Positions 24,876-37,131 of a stretch of DNA of 64,000 bases are shown here, piece by piece (position 1 is the stretch's first letter; the number at the start of each line of letters is the position of its first letter). Below the pieces are notes generated by a model that searched no databases, was not told the origin of the DNA, and saw nothing but the letters and a program-made list of their open reading frames with translations. Location of the stretch: the NCBI RefSeq assembly GCF_001194135.2, contig NC_068981.1:15231261-15295260 (forward strand). Direction: 5' to 3'. This stretch comes from Octopus bimaculoides. Taxonomy: Eukaryota. Made by a program: the position numbers and the translations under genes.

Positions 24876-25456
24876 CGATGACCATACACATGTGCATATG
24901 ACCACATAATTACATTTACATGAACATGCATACGCTTAATAACGCACACATACAAGGGTACACACTCATGGGCGCACACACACAGACACACACACACACC
25001 TTTTAGTTAAGAAGTACAAAGCAAAATGGTTAACATCTGCTGAAATAATATCTATTTAAACATACAAATCACAGTATGCATTGCTATGCACCCATTGACA
25101 CTTTAATATAGATTTAACAAGAGATACACTCATAGACTCATTCTCAAATGTGTGTGTATGTGCGTGTATTTGTGTGTGTGTGTGGGGGGGCTTGTGTTTG
25201 TGTGCGTGCCTGCGTGCGTGTGTGTGTATACATATATATATGTATATATATTGATGCTAAACTACAATCCTATAGAGTCGGAATCACGCGTTTCTAACAT
25301 AATATTGAAAGGAAGTCATTGATATAAAATAATTGTGATTTGTGTATACAATACTTCAAATAGCTGCAAATATATGCACAGAAACGGATACATAATTGTG
25401 AAACTACAAAGCTAGTATACACTCGAAAGAACAAACATATAAATAAACTTCCTCAA

Positions 25457-25526
<70 letters not shown>

Positions 25527-26715
25527 ATACAAATGATTAGCAACGTTATATTCGCAAACTAACAACACTGACAAGAATATAATCAAAAATGTATTATCTT
25601 TTTTACCGGTGAAGAAGAGAAAACGAAAATAAGAGTAAACAATCAATAGAAGATGATCAAATAAGGAAGTTGAGAAAAATGTCGGAAAAACAAATATAAA
25701 AATATTATTCAATACACTTCTGTTACATATATAGAGAGAAGAAAGTAAACGGAGAAGGGAACTTACAAGTATTTGTTAGGAGAATACTATTTTCTTTTCA
25801 ACATAGACGTACTTTGAAGAGAAAGTGTATGTTTAATACAATACTTTTCACCTCCAAATATTATACAATGCTTATTAGCAGCTACTCTTTGTTGGTATTT
25901 GCTATAGTTTGTAATCTTGGAAGATTATTTTCTGCCAAATCATTTTCTGAATTCTCTACAGGAACATATCTGGTTCCCTTTATTCAGTCTAATATCAGAT
26001 CATGAGTAATTGAATACGCCAGTGCGCATGTTTGTGTGTATATATGTATACATGTGGTGCAAATGTACATACTCATACATTCGAAGAGTATCGGATTTTG
26101 ATATCAATTTGTGTACCTTCTTGCGTTGTCTTGAGATGTATCATTGTTCCACTTATTAATTTCTTATGTATTGTTCAAACATGACTGTTTCCTTATATAA
26201 CGTATGAACTATTAAGAATACACATATAGCGTTCATGACACCTTCATACTGTAGTTCTACATATATATTGTATTGAATGGCTATATCAGATGATATTTGT
26301 CGAATATTATGTTTCAGATTAATATCCATCGGGTTAGATGTCTACATACATAACCGCTAAGCTAAAAATTCCAAACATTCGACAACACCTTTAATCGCTA
26401 TTAAGTATTCATATAATGTTCCTCAAAATGGACAGCTATATAGCATTATATTATTTCAGAGAAAACAACTAGAAATGGGGGAAATACAGTGACGACAATG
26501 GCATGACTGACTGGGCCTGATCTTTTGACGATTTATATCTTTGAGCATTAATATGTGTATATATATGTATATATGACTATATTTATATATATGTATAAGT
26601 ATGTATGTATATATGTAAAGTATGTATGTATATATGCATAAGTATGTATGTATATATGTATGTATGCATGTATATATGTACGTATGTATGTATGTATATA
26701 TGTGTGTATCTATGT

Positions 26716-27074
26716 AGGCGCAGGAGTGGCTGTGTGGTAAGTAGCTTGCTTGCCAACCACATCGTTCCGGGTTCATTCCCACTGCGTGGTAACTTGGGCA
26801 AATGTCTTCTATAGCCTCGGGCCGACCAAAGCCTTATGAGTCGATTTGGTAGACGGAAACTGAAAAACGCCCGTCGTATATATGTATATATATATGCATC
26901 TGTATGCATGTGTATATGTTGGTGTGTTTACGTCCCCGTAACTTAGCGGTTCGGCAAAAGAGACCGATATAATAAGTACAAGGCTTACAAAGAATAAGTC
27001 CTGTGGTCGATTTGCTCGACTAAAGGCGGTGCTCCAGCATGGCCGCAGTCAAATGACTGAAACAAGTGTAAGAG
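26716..27074 (+). mobile_element. SINE family A, full-length best copy (tRNA-derived head)
   Basis: A box TGGCTGTGTGG (26727-26737), B box GGTTCATTCCC (26770-26780), cttgggcaaatgtcttc core, internal TA-rich microsatellite, 3' stem-loop CAGTC-aaat-GACTG and aaacaag tail. Confidence 0.95.
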
Positions 27075-27076
27075 GG

Positions 27077-27139
<63 letters not shown>

Positions 27140-27166
27140 ATATATGTGTATGTGTATATACATACA

Positions 27167-27197
<31 letters not shown>

Positions 27198-27199
27198 TT

Positions 27200-27520
27200 G
27201 TATGATCTGTAACGGATTCGTTTGTTGTGTGATCGTCCATCCTGTTACATCTGATGTTGAAGCAGGCTTCCAGACTTTCTAACTGCAAAATTGCCGACGC
27301 TAGATCCAGATCTCTGAACTGTTATTTAAATACTTTGGTGATTGTTTTGGTTCATTCTTATGCCATTCTCCTGTGTGTAAATGGTAATACCCTTTGTGTT
27401 CACATATAACCACATCCATAGTATTTTCCATTCAATTACTTAATTACCAGTTGTTTTAAGAAACTGTGGAGTTTCTATTATTGACGCTTAAATAAACAGC
27501 GTTTGTTCGTGAATTTGTTC
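27200..27520 (-). pseudogene. Possible APE-type (RTE-like) LINE endonuclease remnant
   Basis: Minus frames MDVVICEHKGYYHLHTG and TSDVTGWTITQQTNPLQIIQ loosely follow the DIxGxxExR ... SxRI ... IIQ order. Confidence 0.25.
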
Positions 27521-27792
27521 ATCACTGTTTGTTCATCTAGCAAGTGTTTATAATGTTTATTCTCAATTGGAATTGGTAGATGCAAGTTCGGCTTTGTTGA
27601 CTGTTTGAGGTGAAACAACTCAGTACTGTTTGCCCTTGTTTCTGTTTTTCGTTTTTATAGAATTGGAATTTTGGTTACAATGTGTATACAACTTTAGCTC
27701 TTAAAACAACTGCTGCTAAAATTAATCCTGATATGTCGATGATGTTGATAAATAATACCGCATAGTATAAGGTACGATTACACACTCACATC

Positions 27793-27826
<34 letters not shown>

Positions 27827-27884
27827 TGTATGTATCTATGTATCTATCTATCTATCTATCTATCTGTCTGTCTGTCTGTCTATC

Positions 27885-28080
27885 TATCTTATTTCTTTAC
27901 TGCCCACAAGGGGCTACACACAGAGGGGAAAAACAAGGACAGACAAACGAATTAAGTCGATTACATCTACCCCAGTGCGTAACTGGTACTCTGCGGAATT
28001 TGAACTCAGAACGTAACGGCCCACGAAATACCGCTAAGCATTTCGCCCGGTGTGCTAACGTTTCTGCCAGCTCGCCACCT
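27885..28080 (-). mobile_element. SINE family B (tail type 2), central core deleted
   Basis: Minus strand: aggtggcgagctggcagaaacgttagcacaccgggcgaaatgcttagcggtatttcg...gagttcaaattccgcagagtaccagttacgcactggggtagatgtaatcgacttaatt; (GATA)n tail. Confidence 0.85.
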
Positions 28081-28689
28081 TATCTATCTATCTATCTATT
28101 TATCTATCTATTTATCTATCTATCTATCTGTCTGTCTATTAGTCTAATTATTTGTCTGTCTTTCGGTCTGTCTATTTATCCATCTACGTATCTGCTTATT
28201 CATGTATGTGTGTCTGCTTGAGTATGTGTGTAAATATGTATTATGGAGTGTGGGCAAGGCTTAGGTGCATCTAGTAGTGCGGATTCTGGTTTGGGGGTTC
28301 CAGGGCTTGAGGATTGTGAAACCATCTCTGAACCACTATTGTTCCCAGAAATTTTCTGATTTTGATTAATAGCACCTGTCAAGTTCCCAGTTATGGATCA
28401 ACTCGTTATTGTGATGACAATCCATTTGAGCGCAGGGACGCAGTAAAACCATTGGGAGTGAATTTCCCTTGGCTATTTTCGCAGTATCCTTTTCAGAGGT
28501 CAACACTCTGATGTAAAATCTCAGTTTCACGTCATCTGGACTTCTTGTCCTCGTCTGTGACTAGTTACTAATCACGGAAACGCAGAAGGTGGTACTTCCA
28601 CTGTACAAGCGTTTATTACTATAGCGGAATGACGTACAGACGTCTTTTTTATGGTGACTTCATATGTATGCATATGCGCATTCACATAG

Positions 28690-28731
<42 letters not shown>

Positions 28732-29132
28732 GTACATACATATACACCTACATGCATAAATAAGTCCATATTATTTGTTCCTTCGTCTGAAGTGTAGTTC
28801 ATCATTATGTTATTTGTGAAAGTCTGCATTGTATTATTTAAAGGCCGTTGGATGCTTAACTACAACAAACATTAGTTCTGTATAACAATGCAGTAAAGTG
28901 TTCCCTGATCACTTAAGGAACGAATTACACTTGGAAGATCCTCTGCAGAGTTCCACACATTCCCAATTGTTAAAGGTATCTCAGAACAAATACTGCGTCT
29001 ATCGTAATTTCTCCTACATCTGGGTTGTGTACCACAACTAATATCAGTATTAAGTATACTAATTGTTTAATCACTGCAGTGGAAGCAGACTTGAAGATCA
29101 TCCTCTACGTAGAGCAACTTACGAGTTGCAGT

Positions 29133-29183
<51 letters not shown>

Positions 29184-29679
29184 GGAATTTACAAAAGAAC
29201 AGAGACAGGTGTGTAAACAACAAGCAGGTGTGAGTGTTTGCGAGTATGTATTCTGACCGGTACTCCATCGAGTTATGACAGTCAAGGTGACCTTAGTGGG
29301 ATCTGAACACATAATATATAGGGACGGAACAAACAACACAAAAAAAAAATCCAATTCACTAAAGTATTCTACTTTCTCGCTGCCTTCAGATTATCATTTA
29401 AATAAAGCAAAGTTTAAGAATTAGAGCTGGTAGTCAGTGATTTTAAAGAGAAGGAGTTAATACACACTATCCACAGAAGTAGACAGGCAATTTATTTATA
29501 GACATCAGAGCCATTAAAGTTCAAATCCAGGCAGTATTTTAACTCAGAATGTAAAACTTCAGTACACATACATATTTTTCCCCGATCATATTCTGATTTT
29601 GCTACTTCGGTTATTTAATAAATTCTGATTTAGGCATAAGATCAGAAGTTTTGAGCGAAATGTTTAAATGATTCTTTCG

Positions 29680-29830
29680 ACCCTGATGCTTGACAAGCAC
29701 TTTATTTCATCAACCCCCTCATGGATGTACGTCAAGTTGACCTCTTTGAGATTTGAGCTCAGAACACAAAGAATTGGAACAATTACTGCAAGACATGTTT
29801 TGCGACGCTCCAAAGATTTTACTAAGTTAC
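29680..29830 (-). mobile_element. SINE family B, old copy
   Basis: gcactttatttcatcaacccc...aagttgacctc...gatttgagctcagaac. Confidence 0.5.
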
Positions 29831-29879
29831 ACACATTAATATAGCAATCGATAACGGTTTATGATTTAAGCAATATTAA

Positions 29880-30040
29880 GGGAGGGAAATATCCAATACC
29901 ATCGACTGGTACATCGTTTCGTTGTCTACTAAATTATGAAAAGCAAGGTTGACCTCAGTGATATTTGAACTCAGAAAGTTACGATCTAAAAGAAATACCG
30001 CAAGCCATCTTTCCGAGACTTAAGCAATTTTGCCGATAAT
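29880..30040 (-). mobile_element. SINE family B, old copy
   Basis: actggtac...gaaaagcaaggttgacctcagtgatatttgaactcagaa...gaaataccgcaag. Confidence 0.55.
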
Positions 30041-32039
30041 TATGACAGACAAAAATCATTACGAAATCATATGATATAAAACTAAGATATTGTGCAGCAT
30101 TGGCACAATAGAATATACGCTAGAATATGAATAATTATAAAATGATATTAATGTTGTTTATCATAAAGCACGGTTTTTTTTACAGAATAAATTTTGTGTA
30201 CATAATGTTCAATATAAAAACGCATTATATATAATAAAATCTTTAAAAAATTTTCATAACAGCGATATGACTAAATCACTTCTTGTTACTTAGAGCATTT
30301 GATATATGTAGAAAAAAATTTCATTTTTCATTTCAATAGCATTCGAAGAAAGTATGGTATGCAATTAAATGATTATATGTAAAAGAGAATATATCGACGT
30401 AGTTGCTTGAATAAATGTATTGTATGTTAACAATAAAATGGATTCAAAGAAAATAGATTCCGAAAATAGCTGTAAATACGTTGTGAGCAGATGTACAACT
30501 TCTTAAAACTGGAATATTTAATGTGTACGAGAAATTAATGTGTATGGGAATATGTATTCTTGCAGTTTAGATTTAGTAAATAAACAAGCTGCATATAATA
30601 TATATTGAATAAATCTTAACGAAGTGATAGTTTGGTGGGAATTTTTAAGCTGCTAGTTTCGTAATTATATATAATGGGCATGGCATAAAAACTTAATCTA
30701 AATTTCAATAATAATATAAATGTAACAAAAGATCAAGACTATATAAGATATAGTTTTATCACATGCTATTGTATAACTATTCCTGAAGTTAAAACCTCTC
30801 AAGATATATGATTAAGTTGAAAAACGACACAATTGTTGTAAGAAAATGCCGCCGTGGAGACAATGAAATCTATTTCGAAATAATACAGCTAAAAATATAA
30901 AGGCTGTATGATAAAACGTCTACAAGAGATGAATTAATATAGTAAGCAATAACTTGGGCTTATGCTAATACATTTCTACAGGTCTCAAGTATAAGTTGGA
31001 TATACTTTAATCGTCTAAGGATTTTGTGCTTGGATTAGCGATTAATTCTATATGATACACTATTGGATATCCGGCAGTTAAATTCCAAATGATTTGGTAT
31101 GCATTGCTAATTACCGCTATGTATAATGGATCTCATTTTATTTTAAAACATGTAAAGCACATATTAAATTCTAAAAAAAAAAGTATTTATATTCAAAACG
31201 CATGTTTTGTGTTATGTTGGATTATCTATGACTTACGGCAGGAAAACCAGCACCAGAAAAGTTATACAGTATCCCTACTGCTCTATATATTGTTGAATGC
31301 TAGGAGTAACTAGTATTTCTAAGTGTATTTTAAAGCAATCTACAAATTGACACCGTTCCTCATTAATATTACTAAGAACAGAAGGTTGAAATTCCTGTTA
31401 TACCTCTGGTACTAATATTGATGTTGATTATTTTAACCAAGCACGAGTATTATATTCATGAAGACGTTTCTCCTCTTAATAATGTATTTCGCTAAAGCAT
31501 AGAATGAATAAATCTCAAACGTCGAACCAGTAAGTATTCTTTCTCTACTGAACTAGAATGATAGGGACATCATTCTTCGCACATATAAAAACTCGACTTA
31601 CTGAAAAACTACATTCTTCTTGCTTAATCCCAACACACTGAACTTGGAAGCAAAAGGTAATTCTGTTTACTATTTTATCACTCCTTCAAAATGCTTCTAT
31701 TTCTATGTTGCAATACCAGTACTCACTCTCCGAAACATTTTCAGTACACAGCAGCTAAAACTTACGAAGAGTCTAGTCAACGAAACAACTATCAGGTGAA
31801 GGTATGGAAATGTATATGGTAATTTTATGCATCTCTGAGAAGCACTATGAATTTCGGGCGGTACGTGTCGTTCATTTTGAGAATAGTTTAACAGACGTTA
31901 CTTGATATCAAGGATTTCACCTCTGACAAAAACTGAAAAAGCATCTGTATTCATCCTTCATTGGAAATCGGGCAAATAAGTGAAACTTACTTTTCTAGAA
32001 ACAGTTCAAGAAATCACAGCGGATTACCAGTAATATTCC

Positions 32040-33249
32040 TTCTCCTTCAATGGTCTATATAAAATTGTACCACGCAATCAAGCTCCATGCAAAACACTCA
32101 TGGAAAGTCATCTGAGCTCTGATATAGAGGATGCAGAAGTACACGTAACAAAATATACCATACTGCGAATAGCCAGACGGGAAGGGAGCCATAGTGGAAT
32201 TGCTGTATACACCCGTGAAAACCTCACACCACATGTTCTACTGTCATACTCAAATTCAGTATGTAACACTGTATTTTAAAAACCTTCAAGAAACTAGAAC
32301 ATCATGTGAGTGTATTTCTTGTGGATGATTTCAACTTCTCCAATGTGAAATGGACTGAAGGTCTCTGAACTGGCCATTCAGTAATGACCAGTTCAAAAAT
32401 GTCTTTACTGCCCCGTTGCAACACAAGCAAGTGAACGAACCAGTGAATTCCTTTGCCACCTCACCCATAACCAGCAGGGTAGTTACGATGGATTACATCG
32501 ACGTTAGTGAAGCAGATATACTCCTAGCCATTGATGAGGTGGTCACAAACTCAACTGCTGGCCCTGATGGTTTCCCAGCAATCATCCTCAAATCGAGTAA
32601 GTGTGCCCTGGTGAAACCACTACAGATTCTCTTCCAGAGTCTTCTTGCAAATGGCAGACTGCCAAGCAAACGAAAGGAGAGAATGATATGCCTAATCCAT
32701 AAAGGAGGAAACAGAGCAGATGCCGAACATTATCGGCCTATCTATCAGCAAAATCCTGGAACGGATAGTCAGAGGGAAACTAATCACTTTCATTCAAGAC
32801 AACTACTTGACTTGCTGAGTGATACCCAGCATGGCTTCCGACCAGATAGGAATTGCCTGACCAGGCTCTTACAGTACTATGACTGAGTGTTGAGGCATTT
32901 ACTCAACAGCACAAAACTTGACGTAGTACAACCTGACTTTGCAAACGCTTTTGATAAAATAGATCATGATGTGATATACGACAAACTGCGAGGTTTCGGC
33001 ATAGCTGGAAAACTTGGGGATTTGTTACATGACTTTCTGAAAGATAGAAGCCAGGCAGTAGTGGCTAATGGAGACACCTCAAAGAAAACACAGATAGTGA
33101 CTGGTGTTCCACAGCTCAATGTATTGGGACCACTGCTTTTTATAGTGGCCCTGTCAGATATGCCCTCAGCTGCCCGAATAGCTACACTTGCTAGCTACGC
33201 AGCCGATGCGAAAGTCTGGCAGAAACTACAGAACCCCAGTGATATTGCA

Positions 33250-33253
<4 letters not shown>
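32040..33253 (+). mobile_element. CR1/L2-group LINE ORF2 remnant (APE endonuclease + reverse transcriptase), internally deleted, 3'-truncated
   Basis: ESHLSSDIEDAEVHV..Y.I.R...SGIAVY and DDFNF (EN); AGPDGFP, IHKGG..YRPI, QHGFR, DFANAFDKIDH, GVPQ..VLGPLLF, SYAADAK (RT); stops and frameshifts. Confidence 0.9.
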
Positions 33254-33304
<51 letters not shown>

Positions 33305-33511
33305 TTGTGTGTCTGTATTTGTCTCTCCAACATCGCTTAACAACCGATGGTGGTGTGTTTACGTCCCAGTAACCTAGCGGTTCGGCTAAAGACCGATTGA
33401 AAAAGTACTAGGCTTACAAAAAATAAGTCCTGAGGTCGATTTGCTTGACTAAAGGTGGTGCTCCAGCATGGCCACAGTCAAATGACTGAAACAAGTAAAA
33501 GAGTAAAAGAG
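33254..33511 (+). mobile_element. SINE family A 3' half with (GT)n, abutting the truncated LINE
   Basis: caacatcgctt.acaaccgatg.tggtgtgtttacgtccc.gtaac...ctccagcatggccacagtcaaatgactgaaacaagtaaaagagtaaaagag. Confidence 0.9.
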
Positions 33512-34399
33512 TATATATATACCTTTATATAAAGAATATAGTATAATTATATGGTGTAATTATAGCAGAAAAATATCAAGTTAAGAACAATAATGAGCCA
33601 CATCTTTTCATGCATACGTTCGCAGAGAAGATGTGACATACTCCTCGGACTCAGACAATGTTATACCTGCATATGCGAAGGCAAATACGATTGCAAAATA
33701 TAATAATATTTAATACAATATAAAAATCGTTAAATATTCGATAAAAATAAAACATAAGTTATAAGTAATTAATGAGGAAAATATACAACGATAAGAAATG
33801 AAAATAATGGAAATAAATAGAAAATTAATAAGAAATATATAGAATGACAGAAGATTAAAATTAAAAGCAGGAAAATATAAAATAATAAACTAAAAAGATA
33901 ATAGGTATGTAAATAATGAGAGAGCTCAAGGTATTCATACTGAAGTAGATTAAGGTATAGATAAATTATGACGATGATATCGTTGGGTGTGGTTTTATAA
34001 ATTATAATACTACAGATACTATTGTATGTATGATTAAATAATTCTTAGTGGGTTTAAGATTTAGTAAATGTTGGTTTATTATCTCATAACTCACTACAAA
34101 TATACTTAATGTGACTGATAGCGTAGAAAGTCATAGAATTGAAGGAAAGAAAATTTTAATCACCGTAGTGGGGTGAAGTCAGGCTAAACAGGCACGGGTT
34201 AACATAGGGTAAGATTACGTATAATACATCACATAAACATAATACATAGCATATAATATATATAATGTAATACAATATAATATATAATATCCTACACTAC
34301 AGGGTAAGTTATAAAGGATACGGCGTTCAAAGCGAATTTCCACCATGATATCCCAAGTATATTATTAGTTTCGAAAATACTTAAATGTGCCGGCGGTGA

Positions 34400-34778
34400 T
34401 ATGTACCCATCATACCCTTAGGTATAATCTATTATGTATTAGGTTGTTCTTGTTTCTGTACTTAAACATCTCATAAATTTCTATAGAACAATGCTCACAT
34501 CTAGATTTACTATCTCTATATGGCTGCGCACTCCGCATTTAAGGCTAAATCTCCACTTGCTGTCCTTAAGTTCTCAGATCTTACTAGAGAAAGCAGTACT
34601 ATTTAGCTTTATGTCTAAACAATGAAAAATGGTTCTTAATAAGATTTTCATTGGATCGAACACCCTATAAAGATAAAACTACCACTTTTAGTCAAAATTA
34701 TACACTTGCAAATTACGTTTTGGATTAAACAGCACCCTAATAACGGGCAATAGGATTTTACCCTACAATTGTAACCGG
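34400..34778 (-). mobile_element. Penelope-like element, GIY-YIG endonuclease remnant
   Basis: Minus frames YNCRVKSYCPLLGCCLIQNVICKCII...FIG, NSTAFSSKI*ELKDS, AQPYRDSKSRCEHCSIEIYE match PLE CNC..CPLxGxCL..VIY..YIG / STxLSKxIWELK / PY..RCxLC motifs. Confidence 0.7.
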
Positions 34779-34786
34779 GAATATTA

Positions 34787-35014
34787 CTGCTATTATTATT
34801 ATTATTATTAATATTATTATGATTATTACTATAATTATTATTATTATTGTTATTATTATCATTATTATTATTATTCAGTAGTCTTATTTTTATAGCATGC
34901 TTTCACTTCACTACTGAGCTCAGCTGCGTGTGCCTTGGGTATGTGCTGTGGTTTTCTGTGATGCTTTTATGGTTACTGTATTGAAAGTGTTTTGCGTAGA
35001 ATGTGTGCAGATCC
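34787..35014 (-). mobile_element. R4/Dong-type LINE 3' end with (AAT)n tail
   Basis: Minus strand reads AHILRKTLSIQ* (cf. GTAHILRKxL), a ~110-nt 3' UTR, then (AAT)n 34787-34875; the tip matches 5979-6020. Confidence 0.7.
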
Positions 35015-36250
35015 TGTTAAGGATATGGGCGTCAAAACACTGCTGAGGGAATCAAGTGTGGATGTGATATATCTCAACTTTTCAAAAGCCTTTGATAAAG
35101 TCAAGCATAACATGATATGTCACAAACTGTGATCTCGATATAGTCGGAAAACTTGGAGAGTGGCTACACGCCATTCTAACATATAGACGCCAGGCAGTGT
35201 GGCCGATGGAGCCACTGTAAACGAAACACAAAGAAGTGGTGGTGTTTCACAGGACACTGCTATTTATGGAAACCCTAACAGACATGCCTGCAACTGCTCA
35301 GATAGCCACCCTCGCTAGCTATGCAGATAACATGAAAGTCATCAAAGTCAGACAATACAAAACTCTGGGAATATCGCACATCTGCAACGGGAGTTCCACG
35401 TAATATACAGGTGGGAAGAGTACAACATGCAGTTTAATGCAGGAAAATTTTAATCCCTGCACCACTAGCAAACGGAGCTAAACGACATGCAAACAGGATA
35501 CCCTTTTCCCGGGGGGAATTGCAATCCTTGAATCAAAATCAATTTGTGACCTAAGCATCGACATTAGTAATGATGCATCTTTCCTGGCACATATTAGAAA
35601 TGTGTTATCAGATTACAGGATATATCCTCCAAACTTTCAAAGCGAGAGACAAGGAAACTATGATGGCTCTGTGGAGGGTATTCGTCATCAGCCGCTTGGA
35701 CTGCTGCTCTCAACTATGGTCATCGCACAGTATAAAATTAACGGAGAATATCGAAGCAATCGAACGAATCTGCACAACGAAAATCGTCTCAATGCAACAT
35801 ATCAGGTCCTGGGAAAGGCTGAAAGAGTTAAAACTATTCTCTCTAGAACGAAGACAGGTAAGATATGCAGTGATGTGCATCTGGTAAATCTCGGAAGGTC
35901 TTGTACAAAACTTGGGTATTTAAAGTTACACAAAATGTATCACCATGACAATACAGGACGACACACTGTAAAAGCTGCGGTTTCAGGTGCCTACAGCATT
36001 TCAGTGTCCTTCCCAAATGCCTGTGGATGTAGGTGTCTTCAAAATAAAACTGTATCTCCTTCTTTCAAGAGTTTCAGATGAGCTTACCTAACGGCAGAAA
36101 ACACAGATTAGAGTAGCAGCATCAAAGTCCCAGAATCACCAACTATCACATATCAGAGATGTTTTCCAATGTGGGTGCAGCACAGCCAAAGGTCGTGTCC
36201 CAGCATGACTGCAGTTTTCAAGTTGAAACAATTTAAAGAATTAAAGAATA
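35015..36250 (+). mobile_element. CR1/L2-group LINE, 5'-truncated RT and C-terminal region, decayed
   Basis: VDVIYLNFSKAFDKVKH, ASYADNMK, ISRLDCCSQLWS, LEAIERICT-like, SWERLKELKLFSLERRQVRY; ends in a ccagcatg..gcagt..tgaaacaa..taaaga tail. Confidence 0.9.
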
Positions 36251-36759
36251 CTGCTCACAACTGTGGTCATCACACAATATAAAATTAACGGAGGAATGAA
36301 CGGACCAGAGGCTTGTGTGCAGATTTATTAGACAAAAATTGAAAGAAGCTTGTTTGATATATATATATATATATATANNNNNNNNNNNNNNNNNNNNNNN
36401 NNNNNNNNNNNNNNNNNNNNNNNNNNNNNNNNNNNNNNNNNNNNNNNNNNNNNNNNNNNNNNNNNNNNNNNNNNNNNNNNNNNNNNNNNNNNNNNNNNNN
36501 NNNNNNNNNNNNNNNNNNNNNNNNNNNNNNNNNNNNNNNNNNNNNNNNNNNNNNNNNNNNNNNNNNNNNNNNNNNNNNNNNNNNNNNNNNNNNNNNNNNN
36601 NNNNNNNNNNNNNNNNNNNNNNNNNNNNNNNNNNNNNNNNNNNNNNNNNNNNNNNNNNNNNNNNNNNNNNNNNNNNNNNNNNNNNNNNNNNNNNNNNNNN
36701 NNNNNNNNNNNNNNNNNNNNNNNNNNNNNNNNNNNNNNNNNNNNNNNNNNNNNNNNNNN

Positions 36760-36807
<48 letters not shown>

Positions 36808-36832
36808 TTTTGATTTGTTGATTGTCGACAAA

Positions 36833-37131
36833 GGCATGTCTCTTCTACTGTCGCTTCGGGTCGACCAAAGCCTTGTGAGTGGATTTGGTACACAGAAACT
36901 GAAAATATATATATATGTTTGTGTGTCTGTGTTTATGTTTGTCCTTTACTACTACTTGGCAACACTGGTGTTGATGTGTTTACGTCCCTGTAACTTATCA
37001 ATTCGGGGAAAAAGACCGATCGAATAAACACCAGGCTTAGAAAAATAAGTCCTGGTGGTTATTCGTTCGGCAAACATCATTCAAGGCAGTGTCCCAGGAT
37101 ACTCACAATCCGATAACTGAAATAAGTAAAG
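36833..37131 (+). mobile_element. SINE family A, 5'-truncated
   Basis: tcttctact...cgggtcgaccaaagccttgtgagtggatttggta...gtgtttacgtccctgtaactta...aaaaataagtcctgg...ctgaaataagtaaag. Confidence 0.8.

Noticed and set aside
26716-26790. tRNA-like A and B boxes
   Set aside because: They belong to a SINE head; there is no complete cloverleaf, so no tRNA gene was called here or at the other SINE copies.
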